Assembly: GCA_965219955.1 (NCBI GenBank)
Contig: OZ244799.1
Coordinates: 160,001 to 224,000, forward strand
Source: a bacterium
Lineage (GTDB): Bacteria; UBA8248
Length of the DNA: 64,000 nucleotides
Direction: 5' to 3'
Shown here: piece by piece, positions 28,302 to 38,423 of the stretch
Position numbering within the stretch: the stretch's first letter is position 1
How the letters are laid out: every line of letters starts with the position of its first letter
Notes under the pieces: model-generated
Told to the model about the DNA's origin: nothing
Seen by the model: the letters and a program-made list of their open reading frames with translations, nothing else
Databases searched by the model: none
Position numbers and translations under genes: made by a program

Positions 28302-29540
28302 ATGCGACAGCCAACCAGACCGAAGCGGCTCTATATCGATTTCGACGGCTTCTTCGCGTCCTGCGAGGAACAGGCGGACCCCGGCCTGCACGGCCGTCCC
28401 GTCGGCGTCATACCGTTTGCGGGGGCGCGCAACAGCTGCGTGATCGCCGCGAACGCCGCGGCCAAGCGGTTCGGCGTCACGACCGGGACCGGGATCGACG
28501 AGGCCCGCCGGTTGTGCCCCCGGATAACGCTCGCGCCGCAGCGCCCGGACCTGTACGTCCGGACCCACCACCGGGTCGTGGCGGCGGTGCTCTCCGTGCT
28601 TCCGGTCGACGTCGTCTGCTCGATAGACGAACTGGCCGCCGTTCTGGGGGAGCGGGACCGCCCCGAAGAGGTCGCCGGAAGGATCAAGCGCCGCATACGG
28701 AGGGCCGTAGGCGAGCGCATCACCTGCTCCATCGGCTGCGCGCCCAACAGGTGGCTCGCCAAGATCGCCGCCGACCTGGACAAGCCCGACGGCCTGACGG
28801 TGCTGCTTCCGTGCGATCTGCCGGGTCCTCTGCTCGACCTCGGACTGGATGCGCTGCCCGGGGTCGGCAAGCGCATGCGCGCTCGCTTGAAGCGGAGCGG
28901 GATGGCGACGGTCGAGGACATCTGGAACAGCGAGCCCGGACGGCTGAGTTCGGTCTGGGGCAGCGTGAACGGCGCGCGCTTCTGGTACGCGCTGCACGGC
29001 TACGCCGTGGAGCCGCCGGTGACGAAGCGCGGCTCGATCGGCCACGGCCGGGTCCTGCCGCCGGGGGAGCGCAGCGTGCAGCTCGCCCGGCCGATGGCGA
29101 GACAACTGGTGGTGAAGGCGGCCCGGCGCCTGCGGCGGGAGGGGTTCCTCGCCCGGAGGCTCAACCTCTCGGCCGAGTGTCTCGACGCGCCCGCCTGGAC
29201 GGCCTCGGCGCCCGTCGCGAGAGCGAACGACGATCTGACCTGCCTGGACGCCCTCTCGGGGCTGTGGGCCGCACTCGCCGGGGCGCGGGGCCGGGCCGCG
29301 CTGTTCCGGATCGCCGTCTCGTTCGACAGGTTCATCCCCTCGGATGAAGCGCAGCTCGAACTGTCTCTCGGCGAACCGGACGACAGGGGGCGGCTGGCGA
29401 GGCTTGCCGCCGCCGTCGATTCGATCAACGGCCGCTATGCGCGCACCCTCGTCGGTTACGGCGGGTGCGCCCCTCCGGGCGGCTACGCGGGGGCGAAGAT
29501 TGCCTACGGCCGCATTCCCCGGCTGGAGGATTTCCAGTAA
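28302..29540 (+). CDS. Y-family DNA polymerase (DinB/UmuC-like)
   Basis: YIDFDGFFASCE and CSIDE catalytic motifs, AKIAADLDKPDG, LPGVG. Confidence 0.88.
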   Translation: MRQPTRPKRLYIDFDGFFASCEEQADPGLHGRPVGVIPFAGARNSCVIAANAAAKRFGVTTGTGIDEARRLCPRITLAPQRPDLYVRTHHRVVAAVLSVLPVDVVCSIDELAAVLGERDRPEEVAGRIKRRIRRAVGERITCSIGCAPNRWLAKIAADLDKPDGLTVLLPCDLPGPLLDLGLDALPGVGKRMRARLKRSGMATVEDIWNSEPGRLSSVWGSVNGARFWYALHGYAVEPPVTKRGSIGHGRVLPPGERSVQLARPMARQLVVKAARRLRREGFLARRLNLSAECLDAPAWTASAPVARANDDLTCLDALSGLWAALAGARGRAALFRIAVSFDRFIPSDEAQLELSLGEPDDRGRLARLAAAVDSINGRYARTLVGYGGCAPPGGYAGAKIAYGRIPRLEDFQ

Positions 29541-29791
29541 TGGCGCTCCTTCTGGGCGATTACGCCGGGGGAGACTGGTATTTCATCGTGGTGTGCAAGG
29601 CCTGCGGCCGGGAGAAGATACTGGAGCCTGCCGAACTCCTGGCCCGGCCCGAGACGGAAAAAGTGCACCGTGGAATGCGCGTGGAAGATTTGGAGCCCCT
29701 CCTGCGCTGCCGGGAATGCGGCCGCAGGGAGGCGCATATCGAACCGGTCGCCAGGACCAGAAGGCAGGGTTTCGTCGGTGGAATGATCTGA
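29540..29791 (+). CDS. Small Zn-ribbon protein (83 aa)
   Basis: ATG overlaps the polymerase TAA (TAATG); CKAC...CREC. Confidence 0.7.
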   Translation: MALLLGDYAGGDWYFIVVCKACGREKILEPAELLARPETEKVHRGMRVEDLEPLLRCRECGRREAHIEPVARTRRQGFVGGMI

Positions 29792-30222
29792 CGGCGAGGC
29801 GCTTTTCGAGGATGCCGGGCGGCTCAGGCGGGCAGCGCGGCGGCCACGCTGATCTCGAACGCCTCGCCGCCGGGACTGCTGTTCCCGCTGGGTTCGATCC
29901 GGATCATCCATGCCCGGGTTACGCGCCAATCCGTGCCGGAATGTTTTCCGGCGACAGTCGTACCAGGCCTGGTCATCCCCCTGCGTCTGGAGAACTTCGC
30001 CATGATGCGGCATAATAAGGGCATCAGGATCGAGGAAAGCCGGAGTCCTGGCCGCTGCTGTACCCGGAGCGCGTCCTGGAGGCACTTCCGTGAACTCCAT
30101 GTTGAAGCCTGCGCCGATGATGATCCCCTTCGCGTGGATTCCCACGCTTCTGCCGGCCGCCTACGTCCCGGAGGCGCCGCTCGCGCCGCCCCGGCCGGCG
30201 CTCACGCCTTGAGGGCCGACGC

Positions 30223-31413
30223 ATGACCCATGAGTTTCTCGACGACCTCGCCGGCCGGATAGAGACGCTCAAGGCCGACGGTCTGTTCAAACAAGAGCAG
30301 GTCATCTCCTCGCCGCAGCAGGGCGAGGTCACCCTCGAGACGGGCGCGGCCTGCATCAACCTGTGCGCCAACAACTACCTGGGCCTCTCCAACCACCCCC
30401 GGCTCGTCGAGGCGGCGAGGGCCGCGCTCTCCCGCTACGGTTTCGGAATGTCGTCGGTGCGGTTCATCTGCGGCACCCAGGTTCCCCACAAGCAGCTGGA
30501 GGATCGCCTGAGCGCGTTCCTGGGAACAGAGGACACGATCCTCTTCCCGAGTTGTTTCGACGCCAACGCAGGGCTGTTCGAGAGCCTCCTGGGCGAGGAG
30601 GACGCGATCATATCCGATGCGCTGAACCACGCGTCGATTATCGACGGCGTGCGGCTTTGCCGCGCGAAGCGCTTGCGTTACGCGAACAACGACATGAAGG
30701 ACCTGGAAGCCAGGCTGCGGGAAGCGGCGGGCGCGCGCTACCGCCTGATCGCCACGGACGGGGTTTTTTCGATGGACGGCTATATGGCCGATTTGCCGGC
30801 CATCTGCGACCTGGCGGAAAGACACGACGCCCTCGTGATGGTCGACGACAGCCATGCCGTGGGCTTCGTCGGCGCCACCGGGCGGGGCACGCCCGAGCGC
30901 TTCGGCGTCGCAGGGCGGGTCGACATCCTGACGGGGACCCTCGGCAAGGCGCTGGGAGGCGCTGCCGGCGGCTACGTCTCGGCCCGCCGCGTCGTCGTGG
31001 AATGGCTGCGCCAGAGCGCGCGCCCCTACATCTTCTCCAACACGCCGGCCCCCGTCATCGCCCAGACCGGCCTGGCGGCGCTGGACCTTCTCGCAGGCTC
31101 GGCGGAACTGCGGGACCGCCTCTGGCGCAACGCGAAGCGCTTCCGCGCCGAAATGACCGCCCTGGGGTTCGAACTATTGGCCGGGGAACATCCCATCATT
31201 CCCCTGATGCTGCGCGACCCGAAGCTGGCGCAGAACTTCGCCGCCGGACTTCGCGAGAAGGGCGTACTGGTCACCGCGTTTTCGTTCCCCGTCGTCCCGC
31301 GCGGGGGAGACCGGATCCGCACGCAGATGTCGGCGGCCCACGAAATGGAGGAGCTCGACCGCGCCATCGGCGCCTTCGCCGAGGTGGGCCGCGACCTGGG
31401 AGTCATCACGTAG
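30223..31413 (+). CDS. kbl: Glycine C-acetyltransferase (2-amino-3-ketobutyrate CoA ligase)
   Basis: CANNYLGL, SVRFICGT, SCFDAN, DGVFSMDG, TLGKALGG, FSFPVVP..RIRTQMSAAH. Confidence 0.93.
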   Translation: MTHEFLDDLAGRIETLKADGLFKQEQVISSPQQGEVTLETGAACINLCANNYLGLSNHPRLVEAARAALSRYGFGMSSVRFICGTQVPHKQLEDRLSAFLGTEDTILFPSCFDANAGLFESLLGEEDAIISDALNHASIIDGVRLCRAKRLRYANNDMKDLEARLREAAGARYRLIATDGVFSMDGYMADLPAICDLAERHDALVMVDDSHAVGFVGATGRGTPERFGVAGRVDILTGTLGKALGGAAGGYVSARRVVVEWLRQSARPYIFSNTPAPVIAQTGLAALDLLAGSAELRDRLWRNAKRFRAEMTALGFELLAGEHPIIPLMLRDPKLAQNFAAGLREKGVLVTAFSFPVVPRGGDRIRTQMSAAHEMEELDRAIGAFAEVGRDLGVIT

Positions 31414-31423
31414 CGCACGGGAG

Positions 31424-32239
31424 TTGAGCATGTTCAACCTTGAAGGACAGACGGCCATCGTCACCGGCGGCGCCAGCGGCATCGGACTCGCCACCGCGCA
31501 TGCGCTGGCGGACGTGGGCGCAGCCGTCGTCATCGCCGACCTGAACGAGGAGGCGGGCGCGGGGGCGGCGGAAGAACTCAAGGCGCGGGGTGCTGCGGCG
31601 CTGTTCGTCAGAACCGACGTGGCCGAGGCCAGAGACGTCGAAGCGCTCGTCCAGGCGGTGACGGACCGGTTCGGCTCGCTGGAAATCCTGATGCATTTCG
31701 CAGGCGTCGGTGTGGAGATAGGCGCCCTGGAAACCACCCTTGAGGACTGGAACCGCATCATCTCCGTCAACCTCACGGGAAGTTTCCTGATGATGCAGGC
31801 CGCAGGCGCCGTCATGGTGGAGGCGGGATACGGCCGGATCGTGTCGATGTCCTCGGTGGCGGCGTTGCTTGGAGGGACGGCGCGCGCGGCCTATGGAGCG
31901 TCCAAGGGCGGCGTCGCGGCATTGACGCGGGTGTTGGCTCTGGAGTGGGCGGAGTCCGGCGTGACGGTCAACACCCTGGCGCCGGGACCCATCGAAACCC
32001 CGCTCGTGAAGGAAATGCACGACCAGGAGACCCGGCGGGCCTATCTCCAGAGCCTTCCGGCGAACCGCTACGGGGAGCCTGAGGAGGTGGCGGCCGCGGC
32101 CGTCTATCTGGCGCTGCCGCTATCGGGCTACATCAACGGCGTGACGCTGCCGGTGGACGGCGGTTTCGCCGCAAGCGGCGTCCTCAAACGCGGCCCGGGA
32201 CCGGGTGGACCCGAAGGATCCGGGACGACCGCCTCCTGA
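31424..32239 (+). CDS. Classical short-chain dehydrogenase/reductase
   Basis: TGGASGIG, YGASK, VDGG. Confidence 0.92.
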   Translation: MSMFNLEGQTAIVTGGASGIGLATAHALADVGAAVVIADLNEEAGAGAAEELKARGAAALFVRTDVAEARDVEALVQAVTDRFGSLEILMHFAGVGVEIGALETTLEDWNRIISVNLTGSFLMMQAAGAVMVEAGYGRIVSMSSVAALLGGTARAAYGASKGGVAALTRVLALEWAESGVTVNTLAPGPIETPLVKEMHDQETRRAYLQSLPANRYGEPEEVAAAAVYLALPLSGYINGVTLPVDGGFAASGVLKRGPGPGGPEGSGTTAS

Positions 32240-32352
32240 AGCGCGGCTGCCCAGAAACCCCTCGTAGGCAGCGAACGTTCCCACCCTGGTCCCGTTCGAC
32301 CTTCGATACGCGGCTTCACCGCTACTCAGGATGAGGCGGTGCGGTTTTGCTC

Positions 32353-32589
32353 GTCATTCCGGCGAAAGCCGGAATCCATTTTGACTTTTCACCGGGCGGT
32401 TGGCCACGACCTTGTTGCTGCGCGGCGTCCAGATGCGGAATCCAGAGAATTCGCCTTTCGTTTTTGCGTTCGAGTCCGATCCTCCCCGCCCGGGCGTAAA
32501 GACGTCCGAACGAGGAGGCGAAAAGGCAAAGGCGAAAATGGATTCCGGTCAATCCCTCCTTCCTCAGTCGGGACTGATGCCGGAATGAC
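32353..32589. repeat. MITE-like element family B copy 2
   Basis: Near-identical to 16326-16537 with an extra segment inside the right inverted repeat. Confidence 0.8.
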
Positions 32590-32731
32590 GGATGTTGCGA
32601 TCTCTCCAGAAGGGTGTCGTAGGGGCACTTCGGATTGAACGTGCGGGAGTCGTGTAGGGCCAGACATATATGTCTGACCCTACAAAAGAATCCTGACCGA
32701 GCCGCGAGGACTTTTTCAACAGCCCTTCCGG

Positions 32732-33574
32732 CTACCCTTTCACCGCGCCGGCCGTCATGCCGGCGATGATCTGCCGCGCGGAGAAGAAGGTGAAGACCAG
32801 CGGCGGGATGACGATCAGCGTGCCCATCGCCATGATGCGCCCCCACTCGGGGCCCGAGTCCGTCAGGAACAGGCTGGTGGCGACAGGCAGCGTGCGCGTG
32901 GTCCTGTCCGTCAGCAGCAGGGCCAGGATGAACTCGTTCCACGCGATCCGGAATACGAAGATGCCGGTCACCGCGTACCCGGCCTTCATCACCGGGAAGA
33001 GGACGCGGGTGAACACCTGCCAGGGCGTGGCCCCGTCGACGATGGCGGCTTCCTCGAGCTCGATCGGAACCTGCTTGACGAAGCCGTAGAGCAGCCAGAT
33101 GGCGAAGGGCAGGTTGAGCGCCGAGTAGAAGAAGACGAGACCCGAAAGCTGGTTCGCGATTCCCAGCACGATGGAGACCGCGAAGGCCGGGATCGCCAGC
33201 ACCGCCGGCGGTATCATGCGGACCAGGAGCGCCCCGTTGGCGATGGACTGGCGGCCGGGGAACTGCATGCGGGCCAGAGCGTAGGCCGCCATGCCGCCGG
33301 TCGTCAGCGTGATGAGGGTGGCCGAAACGCCCACGATGACGGAATTCAACAGATACCGGTCGAAGTGCGCATCGCCGATGATGTCGGCGTAGTTCTGAAG
33401 CGTGGGGAAGAAGAAAAACCACACAGGATTTCCGTCGAAGATCACCACCTCGTTTTTGAAGGACGTGCTGATCATGATGTAGATGGGCGTCAGGCATATG
33501 ATCGACAAGGCGATCAGCCCGGCGTAGTGAAATATCAGTCTCGCTTTCGTCGATTCGATGCGCATCGCCTTCAC
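32732..33574 (-). CDS. Carbohydrate ABC transporter permease (MalG-like)
   Basis: ELEEAAIVDGA EAA motif, AWNEF. Confidence 0.92.
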   Translation of the reverse strand: MKAMRIESTKARLIFHYAGLIALSIICLTPIYIMISTSFKNEVVIFDGNPVWFFFFPTLQNYADIIGDAHFDRYLLNSVIVGVSATLITLTTGGMAAYALARMQFPGRQSIANGALLVRMIPPAVLAIPAFAVSIVLGIANQLSGLVFFYSALNLPFAIWLLYGFVKQVPIELEEAAIVDGATPWQVFTRVLFPVMKAGYAVTGIFVFRIAWNEFILALLLTDRTTRTLPVATSLFLTDSGPEWGRIMAMGTLIVIPPLVFTFFSARQIIAGMTAGAVKG

Positions 33575-33575
33575 C

Positions 33576-34487
33576 TCACACGTCGGCGCGGGATTTCATG
33601 GGGTTGCTGATCAGCAGGATCGCCAGGCTGAGCGCGAAGACGATCAGCAGCAGGAGGACGGAGATGGCCGCCGCATAGCCGAGTTGCTGGGCGTCGAAGG
33701 CGGTCTTGTAGACGTGCAGCGACAGCAGTTCCGTCGCCAGTCCCGGCCCGCCTTCCGTCAGGATCAACATGACCTCCAGCCCCTTGAATACGTCGATGAG
33801 ACGGAGCAGGAGGGCGATGATCAGGATCGAGCGGATCATCGGCAGCTTTACCAGGAAGATCTGCTGCCACGTATTGGCGCCGTCGATGCGCGATGCTTCG
33901 AGCACCTCCGAGGGCAGCGCCTGGAGGCCGGCGATCACGATGATGAAGACGAACGGCGTCCACTGCCAGATGTCCGTGAAGACGATGGCGAAAAACGCGA
34001 GGTGCGGCTCCCCCAGCCAGATCAGCGGCTCGAAGCCGGCGAGCTCCAGGTAATGGTTGATCCAGCCCGCCCGGGCGTCGAACAGGTAGCGCCATACCAA
34101 TCCGACCACCACGGGCGAAATCATGAGCGGCATGATGAAGATCGTCCGGAATACGGACGCGCCGCGAATCGGTTTCTCGAGCAGCAGGGCCAGCGCGACC
34201 CCCAGCGTCATCTCGATGGTGATCGTGAAGAAGCCGAACTTGAACGTCACCCACATGGATTCCTGGACGTTTTCGTCGCCGAGCATGCGCAGATAGTTGT
34301 CCGCGCCAATGAACTCCGCCGTGGACATCGGCGTGCCGATCGCCCAGTCCTGCATGCTGAGCAACAGTCCCTGGAAGACGGGGTAGATGAGGCCCGCGCC
34401 CATGAGCAGGACGGCGGGCGCGACGAACAGGTAGCCGACGATCCACCGCCGCATGCCCGTTGCGACCGGAGGGGCAGGGTCGCTCAT
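33576..34487 (-). CDS. Carbohydrate ABC transporter permease (MalF-like)
   Basis: DIWQWTPF, EASRIDGA, TEGGPG. Confidence 0.92.
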   Translation of the reverse strand: MSDPAPPVATGMRRWIVGYLFVAPAVLLMGAGLIYPVFQGLLLSMQDWAIGTPMSTAEFIGADNYLRMLGDENVQESMWVTFKFGFFTITIEMTLGVALALLLEKPIRGASVFRTIFIMPLMISPVVVGLVWRYLFDARAGWINHYLELAGFEPLIWLGEPHLAFFAIVFTDIWQWTPFVFIIVIAGLQALPSEVLEASRIDGANTWQQIFLVKLPMIRSILIIALLLRLIDVFKGLEVMLILTEGGPGLATELLSLHVYKTAFDAQQLGYAAAISVLLLLIVFALSLAILLISNPMKSRADV

Positions 34488-34569
34488 GGTGAGCGTCCCG
34501 GGAGGCGGCTGCCTGCGAGCGAAGCGCCTCCCCCGGCAGGGCCGGGGGAGGCGGGATCAGGGGTTTCGG

Positions 34570-35925
34570 CTACTTGGAAGATATCGACTGCCACTGATAG
34601 TAGCCCTCGCGTTTCATGACGGCGCGCGCCTGCTCCGCCGCCTTGTCCAGAATCGGCTTGATGGGCTTGTCGGAGGTCAGGACCTGGTGCAGCGCGATGC
34701 CGAGCACCTTGATGTTCAGCTCGTTCCACTCGGGGATCAGCGGCCGCCAGTCCGGGTCGGCGCATTTGAGTTGTTCCGCGATCACCGGGTATTCCGGGAA
34801 CTTCTTGGAGAACACCGGATCGGTGAGCGTGGAAATGCGGATCGGGTCGCCGCCGAGCTCGACGATCCGCCGGTCGGCCTTCTTCGAGGTCATCCACTGG
34901 ATGAACAGGAACGCCGCCTCCTTGTTCTTCGAGTTGGCCGGTATGCCCATGGCGAAACCGCCCGTCTCGGAGCCGCACTGGACGTCGGTCGGGTGGAGCG
35001 CGTAGCCGACCTTGCCGACGACCTTCGATTGCTTCGGGTCGCGCGCCCGGGCGGCGATCTTCAGCGAGTCGATGTACATGGCGGCGTCGCCGTGCAGGAA
35101 CGCCTTGGACGCTTCGCCGTAGCTGTAGGAGGGAATGCCGCGCGGGCCGTACTTCACCGTCTCGCGCAGGAACTCCGCGGTCTTCACGCCGGCGGGGCTG
35201 TTGAAGACGGGCTCCCACTTGTCGTTGAAGACGCGGGCGCCCATGGGCGCCGCATGGAACAGCCAGGCGGCCGTGACCTGGTGTCCGGTCTTGCCGCGCA
35301 TGGTGAGGCCGCCCATTCCGGTCTTCTCCTTGATGGTCTTCGCCGCCTTGCGGACGTCGGCGTAGGTCTTCGGCACGGCGAGGCCCAGCTTCTTGAACAC
35401 GTCCTTGCGATAAGCCAGGATCGAGGTCTCGGCGCCGAACGGCAGGCCGTAGAGCGCACCCGACTTGCCGGGGAGATAGCCCTTCTTGCCGCCGACGATG
35501 CCGCCGTTCTGGATGTAGGCGTCGGAGATGTCTTCGATGTCGAAGTTCGGGTCGACGAACGCGGGGCTGGTGAAGAACTGCGAGAGGGGCGTCAGCAGGC
35601 CCTTCGCCACGTACTCGCCCTTCCACATCACCACCCAGGCGACGACGTCGAAGTCGCCGTCTTTCTTGCTCATCTCCAGAAGCTGGCGATTCCGCATCTT
35701 GAGGTACTGGGAGTAGTCGATCTCGACCTTGATACCCGTTTCCTTGGTGAATTCGGCGACCAGTTGCTTGGCCTTCTTGAAGTGCGAATTCGAGGGCCAG
35801 CTGACCACCAGCGTCTTGCCCTTGTACTTCTCGTAGGGGTTGGCCAGCAGCGTCGAGGCGCTGAGCGTCAGGGCCAGGGCCGCCGCAAGCGCGACCAGCC
35901 CTTTGATCCGGAATTTCGATTTCAT
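34570..35925 (-). CDS. ABC transporter substrate-binding protein (family 1)
   Basis: Signal peptide, EFTKETGIKV, LYGLPF..YRKD, operon context. Confidence 0.9.
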   Translation of the reverse strand: MKSKFRIKGLVALAAALALTLSASTLLANPYEKYKGKTLVVSWPSNSHFKKAKQLVAEFTKETGIKVEIDYSQYLKMRNRQLLEMSKKDGDFDVVAWVVMWKGEYVAKGLLTPLSQFFTSPAFVDPNFDIEDISDAYIQNGGIVGGKKGYLPGKSGALYGLPFGAETSILAYRKDVFKKLGLAVPKTYADVRKAAKTIKEKTGMGGLTMRGKTGHQVTAAWLFHAAPMGARVFNDKWEPVFNSPAGVKTAEFLRETVKYGPRGIPSYSYGEASKAFLHGDAAMYIDSLKIAARARDPKQSKVVGKVGYALHPTDVQCGSETGGFAMGIPANSKNKEAAFLFIQWMTSKKADRRIVELGGDPIRISTLTDPVFSKKFPEYPVIAEQLKCADPDWRPLIPEWNELNIKVLGIALHQVLTSDKPIKPILDKAAEQARAVMKREGYYQWQSISSK

Positions 35926-35950
35926 GGTTTCCTCCTTATCAGGTTAGTAA

Positions 35951-37075
35951 TTAAAACGTCCCGGCCCGAGCGGCAGGCTTGAGCGCGAGACCGGTCTCCT
36001 TCTCGAACAGGTAGAGCCTCTCCGTTTCGAAATAATAGGTGCCCGACTCCATCCGCCCGTGTTCGGGGCCTGCTTCCACGGAGACGGAAATCCGTTGCTC
36101 GCCAATGCGCGCGGCGAGAAACTGGTTGGAGCCGACATACTCGGCGACGTCGACCGTGAGCTGCACCGGGGCCGTGGCGCCGCCCGAATACCTCGCCCCC
36201 GTCGAGGAGAAATGCTCGGGGCGCAGGCCCGCGACGACTTCACGGGATTCGCCGCTGCCGAGGCTCTCGTGGAAGGCCCTGGGAACCGGCAGTTCGAAGC
36301 CGTCTCCGACGATTACGAGTTCCGAACCTTCCCGCCTGATCTCTCCGTCCAGCATGTTCATGGCCGGCGAGCCGATGAAGCCGGCGACGAACCGGTTGAC
36401 CGGATGATTGTAGACCTCGGGCGGCGTGCCGATCTGCTGAATGACTCCCTCGTCCATGACCACGATGCGGTCGGCCATGGTCATGGCCTCGATCTGGTCG
36501 TGGGTCACATAGATCATGGTGCGGTCGAGTTGCTTGTGCAGCAGCGCCAGCTCGGTGCGCATCTGGGCGCGGAGCTTGGCGTCGAGGTTCGAGAGGGGTT
36601 CGTCGAAGAGGAAGCAATAGGCGTCGCGCACGATGGCGCGGCCCATGGCGACGCGCTGGCGCTGCCCGCCCGAAAGTTCCCGCGGCTGGCGGTGCAGCAG
36701 TTCGGAGAGACCGAGCATTTCCGCGGCGCGCGCCACCCGTGCCGCGATCTCCGCTTTTGGAAACTTGGCGAGGCGAAGCGAGAACGACATGTTGCCCGCC
36801 ACGTCCATGTGCGGATAGAGCGCGTAGGACTGGAACACCATGGTGATGTCGCGGGCCTTGGGAGGCGCATGGGTGACGTCTTTTCCGGCGATCATGATCC
36901 GGCCCGCCGAGACTTCCTCGAGACCGGCGATCATGCGAAGCGTCGTGGACTTTCCGCAGCCCGAGGGGCCGACCAGCACCGCGAATTCGCCTTCTTCGAT
37001 CTGCAGGTTCAGATCGGTGATGACGGTGACCCGGCCGAACCGCTTCGTCACGTCGATGAGATCAACGGCAGCCAT
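35951..37075 (-). CDS. ABC transporter ATP-binding protein (MalK/UgpC-like)
   Basis: GPSGCGKST, LSGGQRQR, DEPLSNLD, VTHDQ. Confidence 0.95.
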   Translation of the reverse strand: MAAVDLIDVTKRFGRVTVITDLNLQIEEGEFAVLVGPSGCGKSTTLRMIAGLEEVSAGRIMIAGKDVTHAPPKARDITMVFQSYALYPHMDVAGNMSFSLRLAKFPKAEIAARVARAAEMLGLSELLHRQPRELSGGQRQRVAMGRAIVRDAYCFLFDEPLSNLDAKLRAQMRTELALLHKQLDRTMIYVTHDQIEAMTMADRIVVMDEGVIQQIGTPPEVYNHPVNRFVAGFIGSPAMNMLDGEIRREGSELVIVGDGFELPVPRAFHESLGSGESREVVAGLRPEHFSSTGARYSGGATAPVQLTVDVAEYVGSNQFLAARIGEQRISVSVEAGPEHGRMESGTYYFETERLYLFEKETGLALKPAARAGTF

Positions 37076-37500
37076 GACTCCCCTTTTCCGGCTCCGGCGA
37101 CCCCGATTTCCGCATGACGGAGAATCTTCCCGTATCGCTCAAGGCCGATCGTCGCATGCCCCGCACCTGTGCGAACCACGAGTTTGAGGAACTTCCTTTC
37201 GCTCTGATCTCTCTATTGTGCTTTATTGTGCGCGTGTAGGGCAAACCGGAAATAATTGCGATGGTCTGAAAATTGATGGAACCGGCCCCGGGCAGGTGGT
37301 TTGCGCATGCCGGAATCCGGAACCGGCGAGGCCGCCGGTATCGCAAGACGACGCGAAGGGAGGCCCCGGGACGATGAGGCGAAAAGGCGGCGGTCAAATC
37401 CCTGGATTCCGCATTCTCCTCCGCATCGGGCGGGAGCGGCGCCGGAAAGGCGCCTGAAGGCCGTGAATTCTCCCATCGGCCGGGGAGCCCCCCCCTCATC

Positions 37501-37797
37501 GGGGTTGTTGAAAAAGCCTGGCCTGCCTCTCCGCAAACCGCCAACGCCTCTTTCCTCACCCTGAGTAGCCGCCGAAGGCGGCGTATCGAAGGGCGCGGGG
37601 AGTCGAACGCCTCGCGCCGGGCGAGAGAGCATCCTTCGATACGGCGCTTACGCGCCTGTTCAGGATGAGGGCTGTCGGAGAACGGCGGAGCCTGCCCCGA
37701 GCGAAGTCGAGGGGCCGCTACCCAGGATGAGGCGGAGCGGTGGGCTGCGCAGGACGAGGAGGGGGATTGCGCCGCATGGGGGTTTTTTCAACAGCCT
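37501..37797. repeat. MITE-like composite repeat, family A copy 2
   Basis: GGGGTTGTTGAAAAA...TTTTTCAACAGCC ends; interior colinear with 6970-7249. Confidence 0.75.
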
Positions 37798-38423
37798 CTC
37801 ATCGGTCGGGTTTGATTTCTCGCAATCATGGAGGCCGTCCCCCCGGTCGGTAAACACTCGCTCCTCGGGGGATGTTGAAAAGCCCTGATTTCGTGATTCG
37901 GCACATGGAGCCGACCGGAGAGGGAGGAGTGGTTCCTCTCTCCCAGGACTTTTTCAACAGCCCTCCTCGCTCGCGTTTGACCCTGTATTTGCCGTCACGG
38001 GTTTTTCGCGTCGATGGAGTATGCTGGAGAGGCCGCCGCCGGCCTTCGTTTTTCTGGTCGCGGAGACGGCGCGGATCGCAGGAGTCGGGGGAACACTCCG
38101 GCAAGATGCAGAACCCGAAAAATGCAAAAAATAATATCTGAAAAATTCGATAAAATTGGATAAATTCACGGGGTTTTTCGATAAATAACCACAAATTATT
38201 TTAGGGGGATAAGACGCCGCGGAATCCGGGCGCAGGGGAATTCTGCCATGGCCCGCCAGGCCGGCGATAACGGCAAATGCGGGGAAGTGCTGCGAGTTGC
38301 GCCCCCGCCTAGCGTGTCCGCCCGGCGATTCCCGGGGAAAGTCAGTCGTCGCTGAATGGCGCGCGGCGCCCGCCTTTCGAGCGCAGCATCTCAGGGCATG
38401 ATGCCATAAGCATTTGATTTCGC

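Noticed and set aside
29795-30220. Short ORFs or a tdh remnant upstream of kbl
   Set aside because: No frame gives a convincing motif, so it is left unannotated.
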